This document shows positions 17,204-26,973 of a stretch of 39,802 nucleotides of DNA, piece after piece. The notes beneath the pieces were generated by a model. The model was not told the origin of the DNA. It saw only the letters and a list, made by a program, of their open reading frames with translations, and made no database searches. This stretch comes from Candidatus Hermodarchaeota archaeon (lineage in GTDB: Archaea; Asgardarchaeota; Hermodarchaeia; Hermodarchaeales; Hermodarchaeaceae): positions 1 to 39,802 of the forward strand of contig JAEOTB010000088.1 of the NCBI GenBank assembly GCA_016840065.1, in the 5' to 3' direction. The first letter of the stretch is position 1; each line of letters starts with the position of its first letter. A program made the translations under genes and the position numbers.

Positions 17204-17692
17204 ATGTCAGTTGCACCGAAAGCTAAGAGTCCAACGAAAAGAGAAAGTAAGATGATAAGCGACTTCGAGAAGGCTATGGGATCAGATTGTGTTGAATCTC
17301 AGTTTCTCAGGGAACGCAGCATAATATTCACAATTAAGCCAAGTGCAATGCTGAAAGCAGTTGAGTGGATGAAGCAGAAGTGGGATCTTGTCCATTTGAG
17401 CACAATAACCGGCATGGACTTGGAGGGTGGAAAGCTTGCCGTCATCTACCATTTCGAGGCGAAAGGCGTAACTGTGAGCGTTAAGGAGATTGTTCCCACC
17501 TCGAAGCCTGTAGCTGATTCCATTGTACCATTGATTCCCGGTGCAATCCTGTATGAACGGGAAGTATTCGACATGATTGGCGTTAAATTCGAGGGGCACC
17601 CAGACCTTAGACGACTTGTGCTCCCAGAAGACTTTCCGAAGGGCGTCCATCCTCTACGTAAGTCTTGGAAGTCACCGAGAGAAGACAAGTAG
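17204..17692 (+). CDS. nuoC: NuoC/MbhK-like 30-kDa subunit
   Basis: HLSTITGMD, YEREVFDMIGVKFEGHPDLRRLVLPED, HPLRKS. Confidence 0.9.
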   Translation: MSVAPKAKSPTKRESKMISDFEKAMGSDCVESQFLRERSIIFTIKPSAMLKAVEWMKQKWDLVHLSTITGMDLEGGKLAVIYHFEAKGVTVSVKEIVPTSKPVADSIVPLIPGAILYEREVFDMIGVKFEGHPDLRRLVLPEDFPKGVHPLRKSWKSPREDK

Positions 17693-17824
17693 TCCACGGA
17701 TGGATAAACTCTCAATTCACACTTTCTGTTAACTAGTTAGTGGTTATGTTCTAAACTAGAGGTCTAGTTCTCACTAGATAGGTGTACCACAACAACCTAG
17801 TCCGAGTAGTTTGATGAGATTCCA

Positions 17825-18664
17825 TCAGACCGGCTTTTCGTGAAGCTTGGTTTTCCTACCGATTTTGCCATCTTTCATGTGGGGTGAGCGGCAGACACTG
17901 TCGCCGTCCTTTTCTAGTTCTCGGGCCTCATCAGCAAGTCGTGCTGCAGCTCGCATAATTTCGTGTGCTGCGGCAACTAGCGGTATGTACTTCTCTCGTT
18001 CCTTAGTTTTGAAACAGCCTTTAACCGAGATGTCAGCTACAGACTTTGCCATTTCATATGCTGCATAAGCCTTTGCTTGGGCATAAGGATTCGAAAAATG
18101 CCCTGCCGCCGCTGCCTTTGTAGCATTAATTACAATTTTTGGTAACTCTGGCGTTTTTCCAGCTTGTATCTCAGCAAACACCTTGTCTAGTTCAATCTGC
18201 ACCAAACGGAACGCACCAGTCGCTGCCAATACACGAATTACATCAGCGTTGAAGAGACTCATTTCCACGGGATCAAGAAATTCGCGGCGCGCCCCTATCA
18301 TCGAATCCGCTGGAAGAAGTATATAACCAAATCCTTCTTTAGCAAGCGCCTCCCTCTCATCTTTTTTCAGCATATCTGATAGGAGGATGACAGGGATTCC
18401 TGCAGCTTTTACCATCTCTCGAGCCATTGCTGGACCCGGTAGACTAGCATTAGGACTGGGGATTAGAACCACCTTAGGTTTCTGTTCAATCATGAGTTTG
18501 GCAATTCTTTCAGCCTCAGCCTTGTCCATCTTTGCGCCAGAGCCTACAACAATAACGTCGAAGTTCTTTCGGTCGGCTCGTTCATCAAAGAGGAGTTCAA
18601 GCATGGGCGTAGTTCCGATGTTTCCTAGTTTCAAAACACCTAACAAAAATGGTTTCTCACTCAA
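17825..18664 (-). CDS. mtd: F420-dependent methylene-H4MPT dehydrogenase
   Basis: KLGNIGT, DERADR, GSGAKM, SPNASLPGP, DSMIGARREFLDPVEM, NPYAQAKA, VAAAHE. Confidence 0.95.
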   Translation of the reverse strand: MSEKPFLLGVLKLGNIGTTPMLELLFDERADRKNFDVIVVGSGAKMDKAEAERIAKLMIEQKPKVVLIPSPNASLPGPAMAREMVKAAGIPVILLSDMLKKDEREALAKEGFGYILLPADSMIGARREFLDPVEMSLFNADVIRVLAATGAFRLVQIELDKVFAEIQAGKTPELPKIVINATKAAAAGHFSNPYAQAKAYAAYEMAKSVADISVKGCFKTKEREKYIPLVAAAHEIMRAAARLADEARELEKDGDSVCRSPHMKDGKIGRKTKLHEKPV

Positions 18665-18788
18665 TTCGGTCGCACCTTCATTAGAGAGTATAGTTGGCTT
18701 TTGGCGTGCTTTAATGAGAAAAATGTTTGTGTTCTTGTTGAATCCTGATTTGCATATGAAAAATATTGTGCCGGTGCAAAGGAACAGA

Positions 18789-19799
18789 TCATTCTTCGCC
18801 TAGTACCCAGATATCCGATTCGTAGAACATCCCGCGTCCTGCTACTACGCGATATTTTCCTTTCTTTATGCATTTGAAGAACTCGAGAAAGGCTGATTTG
18901 GGTAACCGTAGAAAATAGGGAAACCTGCCATGGTACATTTGGTCTCGAAGATTCTTTTCTCCAAATTTCTCAAGAAGAGGTGCTATCAAACCTTCGGTTG
19001 GTTGCACCCAGATGACCACCTTCTCCTTTCGCTCCTCTTCCATCCTCTGAAGAGCTGCAAGTTCAAACCTACCAATCCATGTTGCCTTCCCCTCCCTGAG
19101 CAGGACTGTACCTCGACTTGTTGCAAGAGCCATGTATCCCATTGTTTCCAGCTCCACAAGATCCTGCGGCTTGTACTTCCTGTATAATTCCTGGAATTCA
19201 GCATGGGGCTTCACATCCAACTCGAGTGTGAAATCAAGTAGTTTGTGAAGCTTTTCCTGGTAAGCACCTGGAACAACAACCTCGAAAGCGCCCTTCTCAA
19301 CCTTTTGTAGGAACTCGTCGAGACTCTCTAAGCGCTGATATGTGAGTTCTGTTGATCTTGAGGGGGCTACAGGTGCTAGAATTGATTGGGAAGGAGCCTG
19401 ACGTGTTTCGCGAGTCGTTGGGGGCCTACCAGAGACAAAGAGCTGGGATACATTTTCTTCATCTAGTTTCATATATGCTCGCATTACTCGTTTTTGCACT
19501 TTCCCCGATTGAAAGAACCTCACTTGGACCTCTTGGTTAATGGTGGCTTTGGGTGTGAGGGGGTTTAAGATGTGGAAGAAAACGGGACCTGTTGCGCTTT
19601 GAGTCATAGTATTGTAAATTAGGCGATTGCCTTGAACGGAGATACTTCCGTACTTGTTTTCACCCGGAGAGAAAACAAGATAGGAGTCACTGGTATTTGT
19701 GAGCTTGTATGGAACTGAGATGCTTTCTCCTTGGACAATCCGTTTTATTCGCCCAAATTGAACCTTGGTATCTTCAAAGCTCCAGGTCCGTTTTACCAT
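18789..19799 (-). CDS. Hypothetical protein (~336 aa)
   Basis: Long ORF co-oriented with and between the frhB-like gene and mtd. No recognised motif. Confidence 0.7.
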   Translation of the reverse strand: MVKRTWSFEDTKVQFGRIKRIVQGESISVPYKLTNTSDSYLVFSPGENKYGSISVQGNRLIYNTMTQSATGPVFFHILNPLTPKATINQEVQVRFFQSGKVQKRVMRAYMKLDEENVSQLFVSGRPPTTRETRQAPSQSILAPVAPSRSTELTYQRLESLDEFLQKVEKGAFEVVVPGAYQEKLHKLLDFTLELDVKPHAEFQELYRKYKPQDLVELETMGYMALATSRGTVLLREGKATWIGRFELAALQRMEEERKEKVVIWVQPTEGLIAPLLEKFGEKNLRDQMYHGRFPYFLRLPKSAFLEFFKCIKKGKYRVVAGRGMFYESDIWVLGEE

Positions 19800-19836
19800 T
19801 CTAATCACAACATGATAATCGTCTAGATGCTTTCAG

Positions 19837-20877
19837 CTAGTGAGGTTGTCGTGCAACCTTGGGTCTGGCAATGCGACGTAGCATGTCTAAGCTATCGGAG
19901 GAAACTTCTTCTCGGAGGAACTTGTTTGCTGCGAGCATCACCTCAATTAGGTTCTTACCGCGTTCTGTTCGCGCCAAGACAGTGGACCACTTACTTGGGG
20001 TTCCTGCTCCTCCAACAGAGATATCAGCAAAGTCTGAGGCAAAGTCGGTACAATAGTGACAGCTAGGTTCTACCCATTCTGCTACGTCCTTTAATGGGAC
20101 TTTGATAGACTCTTTCGCTCCTCGGGGATAAACTAGTAGCTTACCTTTGATGTCGAGTTTGCGTAACTTTTCCAAAGGTACTCCCAGCTCACCAACAATC
20201 TTTGATTGCATCAAATCGTCGAAGCGAAAGGTTTCACTACAGAAAAGACCGATGGTCATTACAACCGCTCTGTCTATCCGTTTCAGTGGTGCTAGGCGCA
20301 TTCTCTGAACTGCCTGTATGTGGCATGGAGTTCCCACAACTGCTAACTGTTTTAGCTTTCGCACTTTGATGGCTTCAGCCAGTGCAACAAGATTTGCTGA
20401 ACGTGTGTATCGTGATTTACTAGCTGCAATGATTTCTTTGCTTGTCGTCGCTACTTGTGGCATCGGATACCATGGATTATCGGGGTCAACCCCTGAGACT
20501 ACGGCACCGTCGATTTGGTCGGTTTCTAGTAGGTGAAGTAGCATTCCAGTGACAGCTCCACCGTCTTGTGCGCGCTTCCTTACACCTTCATCTGCATTAC
20601 GAAGCGCGTAGGCTTGAAGAAATACGCCTAGCGCGGGGTCTCGTTCAGCGTCACCGAAAACCTCGGTATAGATAGGTCTATAGTCTTCTATCATTCGAGG
20701 ACATGACTTCGTACAAAAGCCGCATTTAGTGTCTTCCCCAACTAGTGTGGGTATCGAGTCCTCCATCTCAATTATGCTCTTTGGACAGGCTGCAACACAG
20801 GCCCCACAGCCACAGCATCGACCTGCATCAATGACCTTCTCTTTTAACGTTTCAAATCCGAGCTTTTCACTTGCCAA
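19837..20877 (-). CDS. Coenzyme F420 hydrogenase/dehydrogenase beta subunit (FrhB/FpoF family) with N-terminal ferredoxin domain
   Basis: CCGCGACVAACP, AQDGGAVT, VGTPCHIQA, IGLFCSETF, CHYCTDFASDFADISVG, WSTVLARTERG. Confidence 0.9.
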   Translation of the reverse strand: MASEKLGFETLKEKVIDAGRCCGCGACVAACPKSIIEMEDSIPTLVGEDTKCGFCTKSCPRMIEDYRPIYTEVFGDAERDPALGVFLQAYALRNADEGVRKRAQDGGAVTGMLLHLLETDQIDGAVVSGVDPDNPWYPMPQVATTSKEIIAASKSRYTRSANLVALAEAIKVRKLKQLAVVGTPCHIQAVQRMRLAPLKRIDRAVVMTIGLFCSETFRFDDLMQSKIVGELGVPLEKLRKLDIKGKLLVYPRGAKESIKVPLKDVAEWVEPSCHYCTDFASDFADISVGGAGTPSKWSTVLARTERGKNLIEVMLAANKFLREEVSSDSLDMLRRIARPKVARQPH

Positions 20878-20977
20878 TATAGCACACCTTTCAGATAGAC
20901 TTCGAAAGAGAAATGTGCAGCTAGGTTACTTAAATCCTTTAGAATCGGAAACCCAGAGTCCATCAGAACATAATTAC

Positions 20978-21439
20978 TCAGGTTTGTATTGGTTGACCGT
21001 TTATCACGAGTTCGATACGGACTGGTCCACTCACAGCGCGAGATACCATACAGTATTTGTCAGTTAGTTTTGCCGCCCGTTTAATCTTCGTGATAGCATC
21101 TTCACCCGAAACCTTGATGATTAGTTTCACTACGATTTCTGTAAAATACCAACCTCCCTCAGGATGTTGTTTGATGATGCCAAAGCTTTCGACATCGAGA
21201 GAGTCGATTGATTGTTTCATTCTTCTAAGTAGTATTCCAAGGAAGGTGCTCTTGGTACACGCTGCAATCGAGGAAACGAATAATTCTTGAGGAGCATAAC
21301 AATCAGGTTCACCCCCAAAGACCTTGGGAGGGGAAATGGGGAGACCAGGCTTACCCTCGAGAACAACATCGCCTAGATACGTGTCAGAATCTGCAATGGT
21401 AGCTTCGAATTTGTGAGAAACTGTTTCGTCAGGACACAC
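20978..21439 (-). CDS. OsmC/Ohr family protein
   Basis: PPKVFGG...PQELFVSSIAAC and KYCMVSRAV. The likely start is GTG 21439, which follows GAGGT. Confidence 0.85.
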   Translation of the reverse strand: MCPDETVSHKFEATIADSDTYLGDVVLEGKPGLPISPPKVFGGEPDCYAPQELFVSSIAACTKSTFLGILLRRMKQSIDSLDVESFGIIKQHPEGGWYFTEIVVKLIIKVSGEDAITKIKRAAKLTDKYCMVSRAVSGPVRIELVINGQPIQT

Positions 21440-21575
21440 GATAGGAACCTCTACTGATTTGTCGATTAGCCATTTGCTTTTGAGTGCTTCCCAAATACCA
21501 CATCCTTTTCTTGTAACCGCTGATTTTCTTAAAAACCAAAACCTGAAGAAGCATGTATCTAAATGTATGGACATT

Positions 21576-22463
21576 ATGGTTCAGGCGAGTCTACAACAAG
21601 TGGCGGAACACATGTTTCTTATTCCAGGTGGAAACAATGGAAGATTCCCATTCTCGCACTCTATCCTAGTTGTAGACGAAGAAACAGTTTTGATAGACAC
21701 CGGGTGCGGAATCGAGACACTACAGCAAATCAAACGGGAATATGACATCGATTATGTGATAAACTCTCACACTCACATTGATCATATTGCAGGCAATTGG
21801 GTATTCAAGGACAAGCCGCTTATAGTACCAGAGGAGGGATTCGCTAGCCGTGGCAGCTTGGTTAAGCTTTCTCAGAGATTTGTTAATGAAGAGCTTGCGC
21901 CTCTTTGGCGAAAATTCGCAAGAGAAGTCCTTCAAGTTCGAGATTGTGAACCATCTGATAGCTACAATGCTCAAAGGACCTTCAGCTTCGGGGAGGTTAG
22001 CCTCAAACCGATCTACACGCCAGGACACACCATTGACCATTATTGTTTCCTAGAAGAGAACGAAAGGATACTCTTCTCCTTTGATTACGATTTGACCTCT
22101 TTCCCTTGGTATGGCCATCGCGAATCTAACTTGCCTGATTTCAGATCCTCGGTGGAAAGGCTGAAAACCCTTTCTCCAAAAATCGTCGTCTCGTCTCATA
22201 AGGGGATTATAACTGAGGATATTGGTGCGAGATTCGATGCATTCTACAACAAACTTGATGAAAGGAATGAAAGAATCCTCACGCTCTTAGGAGGTGGAAA
22301 GACGATTGAGCAACTTGTAGACCTAGCACCAATATATGGAAAGTTTCCTTATGTTGAATCACTGCTGCGGTATTGGGAGGCTTCGATGATTTCGAAGCAT
22401 CTTAAGGAACTGGAAAAGAATGGCAGAGTACAAAGAAGTGGAGAAAGATACGTCCAGATATAA
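21576..22463 (+). CDS. Metallo-beta-lactamase-fold hydrolase with C-terminal winged helix
   Basis: LIDTG, SHTHIDH, TPGHT, SSHKG, and KHLKELEKNGRV at the C-terminus. Start is ATG 21567 or 21576. Confidence 0.88.
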   Translation: MVQASLQQVAEHMFLIPGGNNGRFPFSHSILVVDEETVLIDTGCGIETLQQIKREYDIDYVINSHTHIDHIAGNWVFKDKPLIVPEEGFASRGSLVKLSQRFVNEELAPLWRKFAREVLQVRDCEPSDSYNAQRTFSFGEVSLKPIYTPGHTIDHYCFLEENERILFSFDYDLTSFPWYGHRESNLPDFRSSVERLKTLSPKIVVSSHKGIITEDIGARFDAFYNKLDERNERILTLLGGGKTIEQLVDLAPIYGKFPYVESLLRYWEASMISKHLKELEKNGRVQRSGERYVQI

Positions 22464-22550
22464 ACTCCCCAACCTTTTGATGTAATTGCGAAAGGGCTTT
22501 GAACCCTCTTCAAGACATTTTGAATGATTATTGCTGGTGGCGATTGAATC

Positions 22551-23687
22551 ATGGAAGATAGCTTCGAGAACATGGACCCCCTTCAAATCGGGGAGGATTA
22601 CCGAGACAAGGACCTAGCACTGAAGGCGGGAAAAAGAATCCGAGAGCTTGCCTCAGATGAGAAGCAAACCTACAAGTTCATGCATGTCTGTGGAACCCAC
22701 GAATATACCATCACACACTCGGGGTTGCGGGAATTGTTGCCTCCCAATGTTGAGGTGATTGCTGGTCCTGGATGCCCAGTTTGTGTTACTCCCCCTGAGG
22801 ATATTGCGTTAGCAATTACCATTACTAAACAGCCCAATGTGTTACTCACCACCTTTGGAGATATGATGAGGGTTCCCGCGACAGGGTGGGGCTCATTGAA
22901 CTCTGCCAGATCAAAGGGCGCGAAGATTCAAGTTGTTTATAGTATGATGGATGCCATTGAGATAGCACGGAAGAACCCTGATCTGGAGGTAGTTCATTTT
23001 GCCATTGGTTTTGAGACGACAACACCGCCAACTGCAGTTGAGCTTCTAGCGGGTCCGCCCGAGAATTTCAGCGTAATCGTCAGTCATCGGGTAATTCCGC
23101 CAGCACAGGAACTTCTACTAGAATCGGGAGAGGTGGGGCTGAACGGATTCATTCTGCCTGGACACGTATGCACTATCACAGGGATGCGACCCTATATGCC
23201 TATCTCGGAGAAATGGAAGGTACCTCAGGTCGTAGCGGGGTTTGAGCCCCTCGATGTTCTGCTGGGCCTGGTGATGTTGCTAACACAAATAGATGAGGGG
23301 CGAGCAGAGGTTGAAAATGAATACACGCGTGCTGTTACTTTGGATGGAAATGTTCGAGCGCAAGAAATGATTTCACAGGTCTTTGAGACTGTTGACGCAA
23401 AATGGAGAGCCATTGGTACAATTCCAAAGTCGGGGCTTGCTCTACGCTCTGAATTCGCCTCCTTTGATGTCAGGGAACATGTTTCAGTTGATGTGGAGCC
23501 ACTGAAGTTTGAGGTGCCGCCCGGCTGCCGATGTGGAGAAGTGTTACGCGGTGTAGTTGGTCCAAAGGAGTGTCCCCTCTTTGGTAAGAAGTGTACACCC
23601 CAACAACCAGTCGGCCCTTGCATGGTCGGTCAAGAGGGAACATGTTCAATAGTCTACGGGGCTTTAGCCTCTAAGCCTGATTCCTAG
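22551..23687 (+). CDS. hypD: Hydrogenase maturation protein HypD
   Basis: MHVCGTHE, GPGCPVCVT, GFETTTP, PGHVC, CPLFGKKCTP..PVGPCMV.EGTC. Confidence 0.97.
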   Translation: MEDSFENMDPLQIGEDYRDKDLALKAGKRIRELASDEKQTYKFMHVCGTHEYTITHSGLRELLPPNVEVIAGPGCPVCVTPPEDIALAITITKQPNVLLTTFGDMMRVPATGWGSLNSARSKGAKIQVVYSMMDAIEIARKNPDLEVVHFAIGFETTTPPTAVELLAGPPENFSVIVSHRVIPPAQELLLESGEVGLNGFILPGHVCTITGMRPYMPISEKWKVPQVVAGFEPLDVLLGLVMLLTQIDEGRAEVENEYTRAVTLDGNVRAQEMISQVFETVDAKWRAIGTIPKSGLALRSEFASFDVREHVSVDVEPLKFEVPPGCRCGEVLRGVVGPKECPLFGKKCTPQQPVGPCMVGQEGTCSIVYGALASKPDS

Positions 23688-23688
23688 G

Positions 23689-24036
23689 TTAGGATTTATC
23701 TTCAATGGAGAGACTAGCACGAAAAGCTGGACTAGCTATCCATTGAGCGGCAAGGGCTTCTACCTCAGACACCTTAGCTGCAAGATATCTATCTCTGAGA
23801 CAAGTTGCTTCGATGTCTGGTATCCCTTCTTCTTCCCAGAATGTTGCCGACTCTTTGGGAGGAATCTTCAACGGTTTTCCGTCATCTGACCAGGTGCCTG
23901 GAGCGTGAATTAGAATGTACTTTGCAAGGCGAGTGGCCAGTAGTTTGCTATCAGTAGCTATCAAACGTCCTCTTGACCAAGCAGGACATTTGGCTCGTCC
24001 CTTGCAATAACCTTTAGCTATAGGACAAAAAACCAC
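23689..24036 (-). CDS. Hypothetical protein with N-terminal Cys cluster
   Basis: GTG start after GAGGTG; motif CPx5Cx5CPAW. Fills the gap after hypD. Confidence 0.55.
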   Translation of the reverse strand: MVFCPIAKGYCKGRAKCPAWSRGRLIATDSKLLATRLAKYILIHAPGTWSDDGKPLKIPPKESATFWEEEGIPDIEATCLRDRYLAAKVSEVEALAAQWIASPAFRASLSIEDKS

Positions 24037-24115
24037 ACTTAGGCACCTCGAAGACTGTCCTTCGCCAGCGTGGTAAATTACAGCTTAAACTTTTTGGTGT
24101 TGCAGATGCATTTTA

Positions 24116-25048
24116 TCAGGAGAGGGGATTATAGAATTCCATTGAACCTTTATCTTTTGAAGTCAGAGAAACTACAAGGTCTTTCATGAGGGAAAGAAGA
24201 GTTGATATGTCATAGTTAATGCCTTCACCGATAATGGTCACTCGTTCTTCTCTTGTTTGGAAGGCTTCTTCAGGACGCCAAGCAGTAGGCCAAGAGGGAA
24301 CAGTTTCGAGTTGGAGGAGGGAAAGATCTGGTCCACCAGCTTGTGTCGCAATGAGAGGAACCATTGGGAGGCGGAGAAGATAGTTTTCAGGGCGAAGTAA
24401 GTCATCAACGCCGCTACGCACAACTTGTAGGGGAGGATAGAAGCGTCGACCAATCTCCTCCTCGATTGGATGAGGGATTCTTTGGAGAAGATTATTTGTG
24501 GCCAAGCGGTTGATGTGACTTGTTTCAAGCGATTCCCGAAGGAGAATTGCCGTGCTGATGAGTTCTTTAGGGTCAGTGATAGAGGGAGGAAGACAAGGAG
24601 CGGGGCCGCGATGTCCCTTTAAGGCCCTTAGAGGTTGAAAACCCTTGGAAGTGAAAAAATCTTGGGCTGAATCCATATTGAGCCAAAGAGCAACAGGATC
24701 TCGGAGCTGCGCTTTTGGTAAAACGGTGAGGATTAGTTTGTTGGTAAAGGGGCGGGTCAGATATAGAGTTTTGAAGGGATATCCTGGTTTCAGAGAGCTT
24801 ACTAGAGTGTAGCCTCCAAAGTCAATCAATTCAGGTGTTTTACCTCGCATTTCTAGCTCAACGGCAGCCTCTGCGAGTTCATTTAGTTGCTCGCGGGCGC
24901 TTCTTAATACGAGTAAATCTGAGGTGGCGGAGGTGAAGGGTGACAGCTGTTCAATTAGGTGTTCGAGGAGTTGGTTGTGCTGGTCGGTGGCAAGTTGGTC
25001 AAGAAGACTAAACAGATCAGTTTTTGACCGTCTCAGTTTTTCCATCAT
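24116..25048 (-). CDS. Hypothetical protein (310 aa)
   Basis: Long ORF downstream of aor on the same strand. No motif recognised. Confidence 0.7.
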   Translation of the reverse strand: MMEKLRRSKTDLFSLLDQLATDQHNQLLEHLIEQLSPFTSATSDLLVLRSAREQLNELAEAAVELEMRGKTPELIDFGGYTLVSSLKPGYPFKTLYLTRPFTNKLILTVLPKAQLRDPVALWLNMDSAQDFFTSKGFQPLRALKGHRGPAPCLPPSITDPKELISTAILLRESLETSHINRLATNNLLQRIPHPIEEEIGRRFYPPLQVVRSGVDDLLRPENYLLRLPMVPLIATQAGGPDLSLLQLETVPSWPTAWRPEEAFQTREERVTIIGEGINYDISTLLSLMKDLVVSLTSKDKGSMEFYNPLS

Positions 25049-25110
25049 CGTCGTGCTCTCTTACTTCCATGTTTTGCTGGGTAATGAGGGTTTCGTTTAA
25101 TGATTGGCCA

Positions 25111-26949
25111 TTAGACCAAATCAGATAGGCCTAGCTCTTGGAGTTTATCTTTGGAAGGGTAGCCAGTTTTTAGGTCCCAATCACGATGGGAGTAATAGTC
25201 GCTGAGTTGCTTAGCTAAATCTGGAACTTTACCTTGCGTTCCACCAGTTTCCAGAGGGCGAAGGAGGAGAGGAGGCAGTGTATCGTCCTCTGGAGTAGCT
25301 CCTAACCTGAGGTTAATGAGACGCTTCAGATTGAAGATACGCTCACCAGTTAACATGAGCTCCTGAGGAGAAGTGGAGATACCCGTGACAAATGTATAGA
25401 ACTGAACGATTTCGTTAACTGAGAATGTGGCAAACAAGCACATCATTAACGAGTTAGTAATCATTCTCCAGTTCTGGGTTATCGCAGTTAACTTTCCCAT
25501 TCCATCGTCTGTCTGTGGGTCATCTGCATCTATCCCGAGTTCAGGAATCACTTGACCATTAAGGACCCAGTATATGTCCGCATCGAGATGATGGGCACCT
25601 CGTATGCTCGTAGCGAAAGCAGCTGCCTGTCCAAAGAGAGCTCGTGGACCCCAGCACGCAGGTTCAAGGCCTTTGACATGGATTGCATACTCTTCAGCAT
25701 TGTATCGCTTCCCTAGTTCTCGGGTTCCCTCGGCAAGAACATCACCAAAGCCCTCCCGGAATGCTATCTGTCTTATGAGTTCATGCTGTGGTTCGGGATT
25801 ACCCCATTCCAAAGCCATTCCTACCTCTTTCGGAGTTAGTAAGTTCTTTTCCATAAGATGATATGCAAAACCAATCGTTGTTCCACAGCTAATCGTATCC
25901 AAGCCAAAATCGTCGCAAAGATGAGCGGCATAAGAGACAGCTTCTAAATCGTCACAAAGAATCATAGAACCCAGAGCAGCTAATGTCTCGTATTCAGGAC
26001 CACTCTCTTCGGGTAGCTTATACTTCCCTTCAGGGATTTCTATGACTCGCCCGCACTTAATTGGACAGAGGTAGCATCCGCTGTTACCCTTGGTGATTTT
26101 CTCAAACATCGTTGACCCGCTGATATTATCATAGGGTTCCCACTCACCTTGGGTCCAATACTTGTTTGGTGCTGCCCCCATCTCTTGAGCTGCCCCAAAA
26201 AAGGCTGCAGTACCCATTTCATTATACATTCCGATTTGGAAGTCTTCCATCATCATCTTTGTTGCTGTTCGGATTAGAGCTGAGAGTTCGCCAGGTTTAG
26301 CCACTGGTACGGGTTTGTTCCCAACTGCAACAATGGCTTTGAGTTGCTTGCTACCCATGACTGCCCCTAGCCCCATTCGCCCAGCGGCACGACCGCCCTC
26401 GGACATGATATTTGCGTACTTGACTAGGTTTTCGCCCGCTTGACCTATAGCTAGTGTTGCCATCTGCCGCTCAGCCACATCCTTGTGAAGTTGAGCTATT
26501 GTGTCGTTGATACCAAGAGACCAGAGACTGCCAGCATCCAGTAGTTCAACTTGGTCATTTAGGATTTTGAGGAAAGTAGGTTTGTCAGCACGACCTTTGA
26601 TGAATATTCCATCGTATCCTGCGTGGCGGAGGCGTGCCCCCAAGTTGCCGCCAATGCTGCACTCTCCCCATAGCTTGGTTAAGGGTGAACGGGAACAAAT
26701 AGTAAGACGACTACCGCAGGGTATCTTAGTTCCAGTGAAAGGACCTGCTAAGAGTAGTAGCGGATTGTCTGGACCCAAAGGATCAATTTCAGGACGAAGA
26801 AGAGGAAACAGAATGCGAGCTGCTAGCCCTGAGCCTCCGATGAATTTACGAGCCCATTTGATTGGTGTAGCCATCTCATCTATCTTATTCTGGGTGAGGT
26901 TGATTTCCAATATTCTTCCAGTGAAGCCAAAACTAGTATCTGGAGACAA
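25111..26949 (-). CDS. aor: Tungsten-dependent aldehyde:ferredoxin oxidoreductase family protein
   Basis: FIGGSGLAA, SPLT, AGYDG, RAAGRMGLGAVMGSKQLKA, CYLCPIKC, PEYET, DDFGLDTIS, DDTLP. Confidence 0.95.
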   Translation of the reverse strand: MSPDTSFGFTGRILEINLTQNKIDEMATPIKWARKFIGGSGLAARILFPLLRPEIDPLGPDNPLLLLAGPFTGTKIPCGSRLTICSRSPLTKLWGECSIGGNLGARLRHAGYDGIFIKGRADKPTFLKILNDQVELLDAGSLWSLGINDTIAQLHKDVAERQMATLAIGQAGENLVKYANIMSEGGRAAGRMGLGAVMGSKQLKAIVAVGNKPVPVAKPGELSALIRTATKMMMEDFQIGMYNEMGTAAFFGAAQEMGAAPNKYWTQGEWEPYDNISGSTMFEKITKGNSGCYLCPIKCGRVIEIPEGKYKLPEESGPEYETLAALGSMILCDDLEAVSYAAHLCDDFGLDTISCGTTIGFAYHLMEKNLLTPKEVGMALEWGNPEPQHELIRQIAFREGFGDVLAEGTRELGKRYNAEEYAIHVKGLEPACWGPRALFGQAAAFATSIRGAHHLDADIYWVLNGQVIPELGIDADDPQTDDGMGKLTAITQNWRMITNSLMMCLFATFSVNEIVQFYTFVTGISTSPQELMLTGERIFNLKRLINLRLGATPEDDTLPPLLLRPLETGGTQGKVPDLAKQLSDYYSHRDWDLKTGYPSKDKLQELGLSDLV

Positions 26950-26973
26950 TCATATACACCTCGAAAATATAGA

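Noticed and set aside
21440-21575. Apparent head-to-head overlap of the OsmC and MBL ORFs
   Set aside because: This results from over-extended start calls. The likely starts at 21439 and 21567/21576 leave a normal divergent intergenic region.
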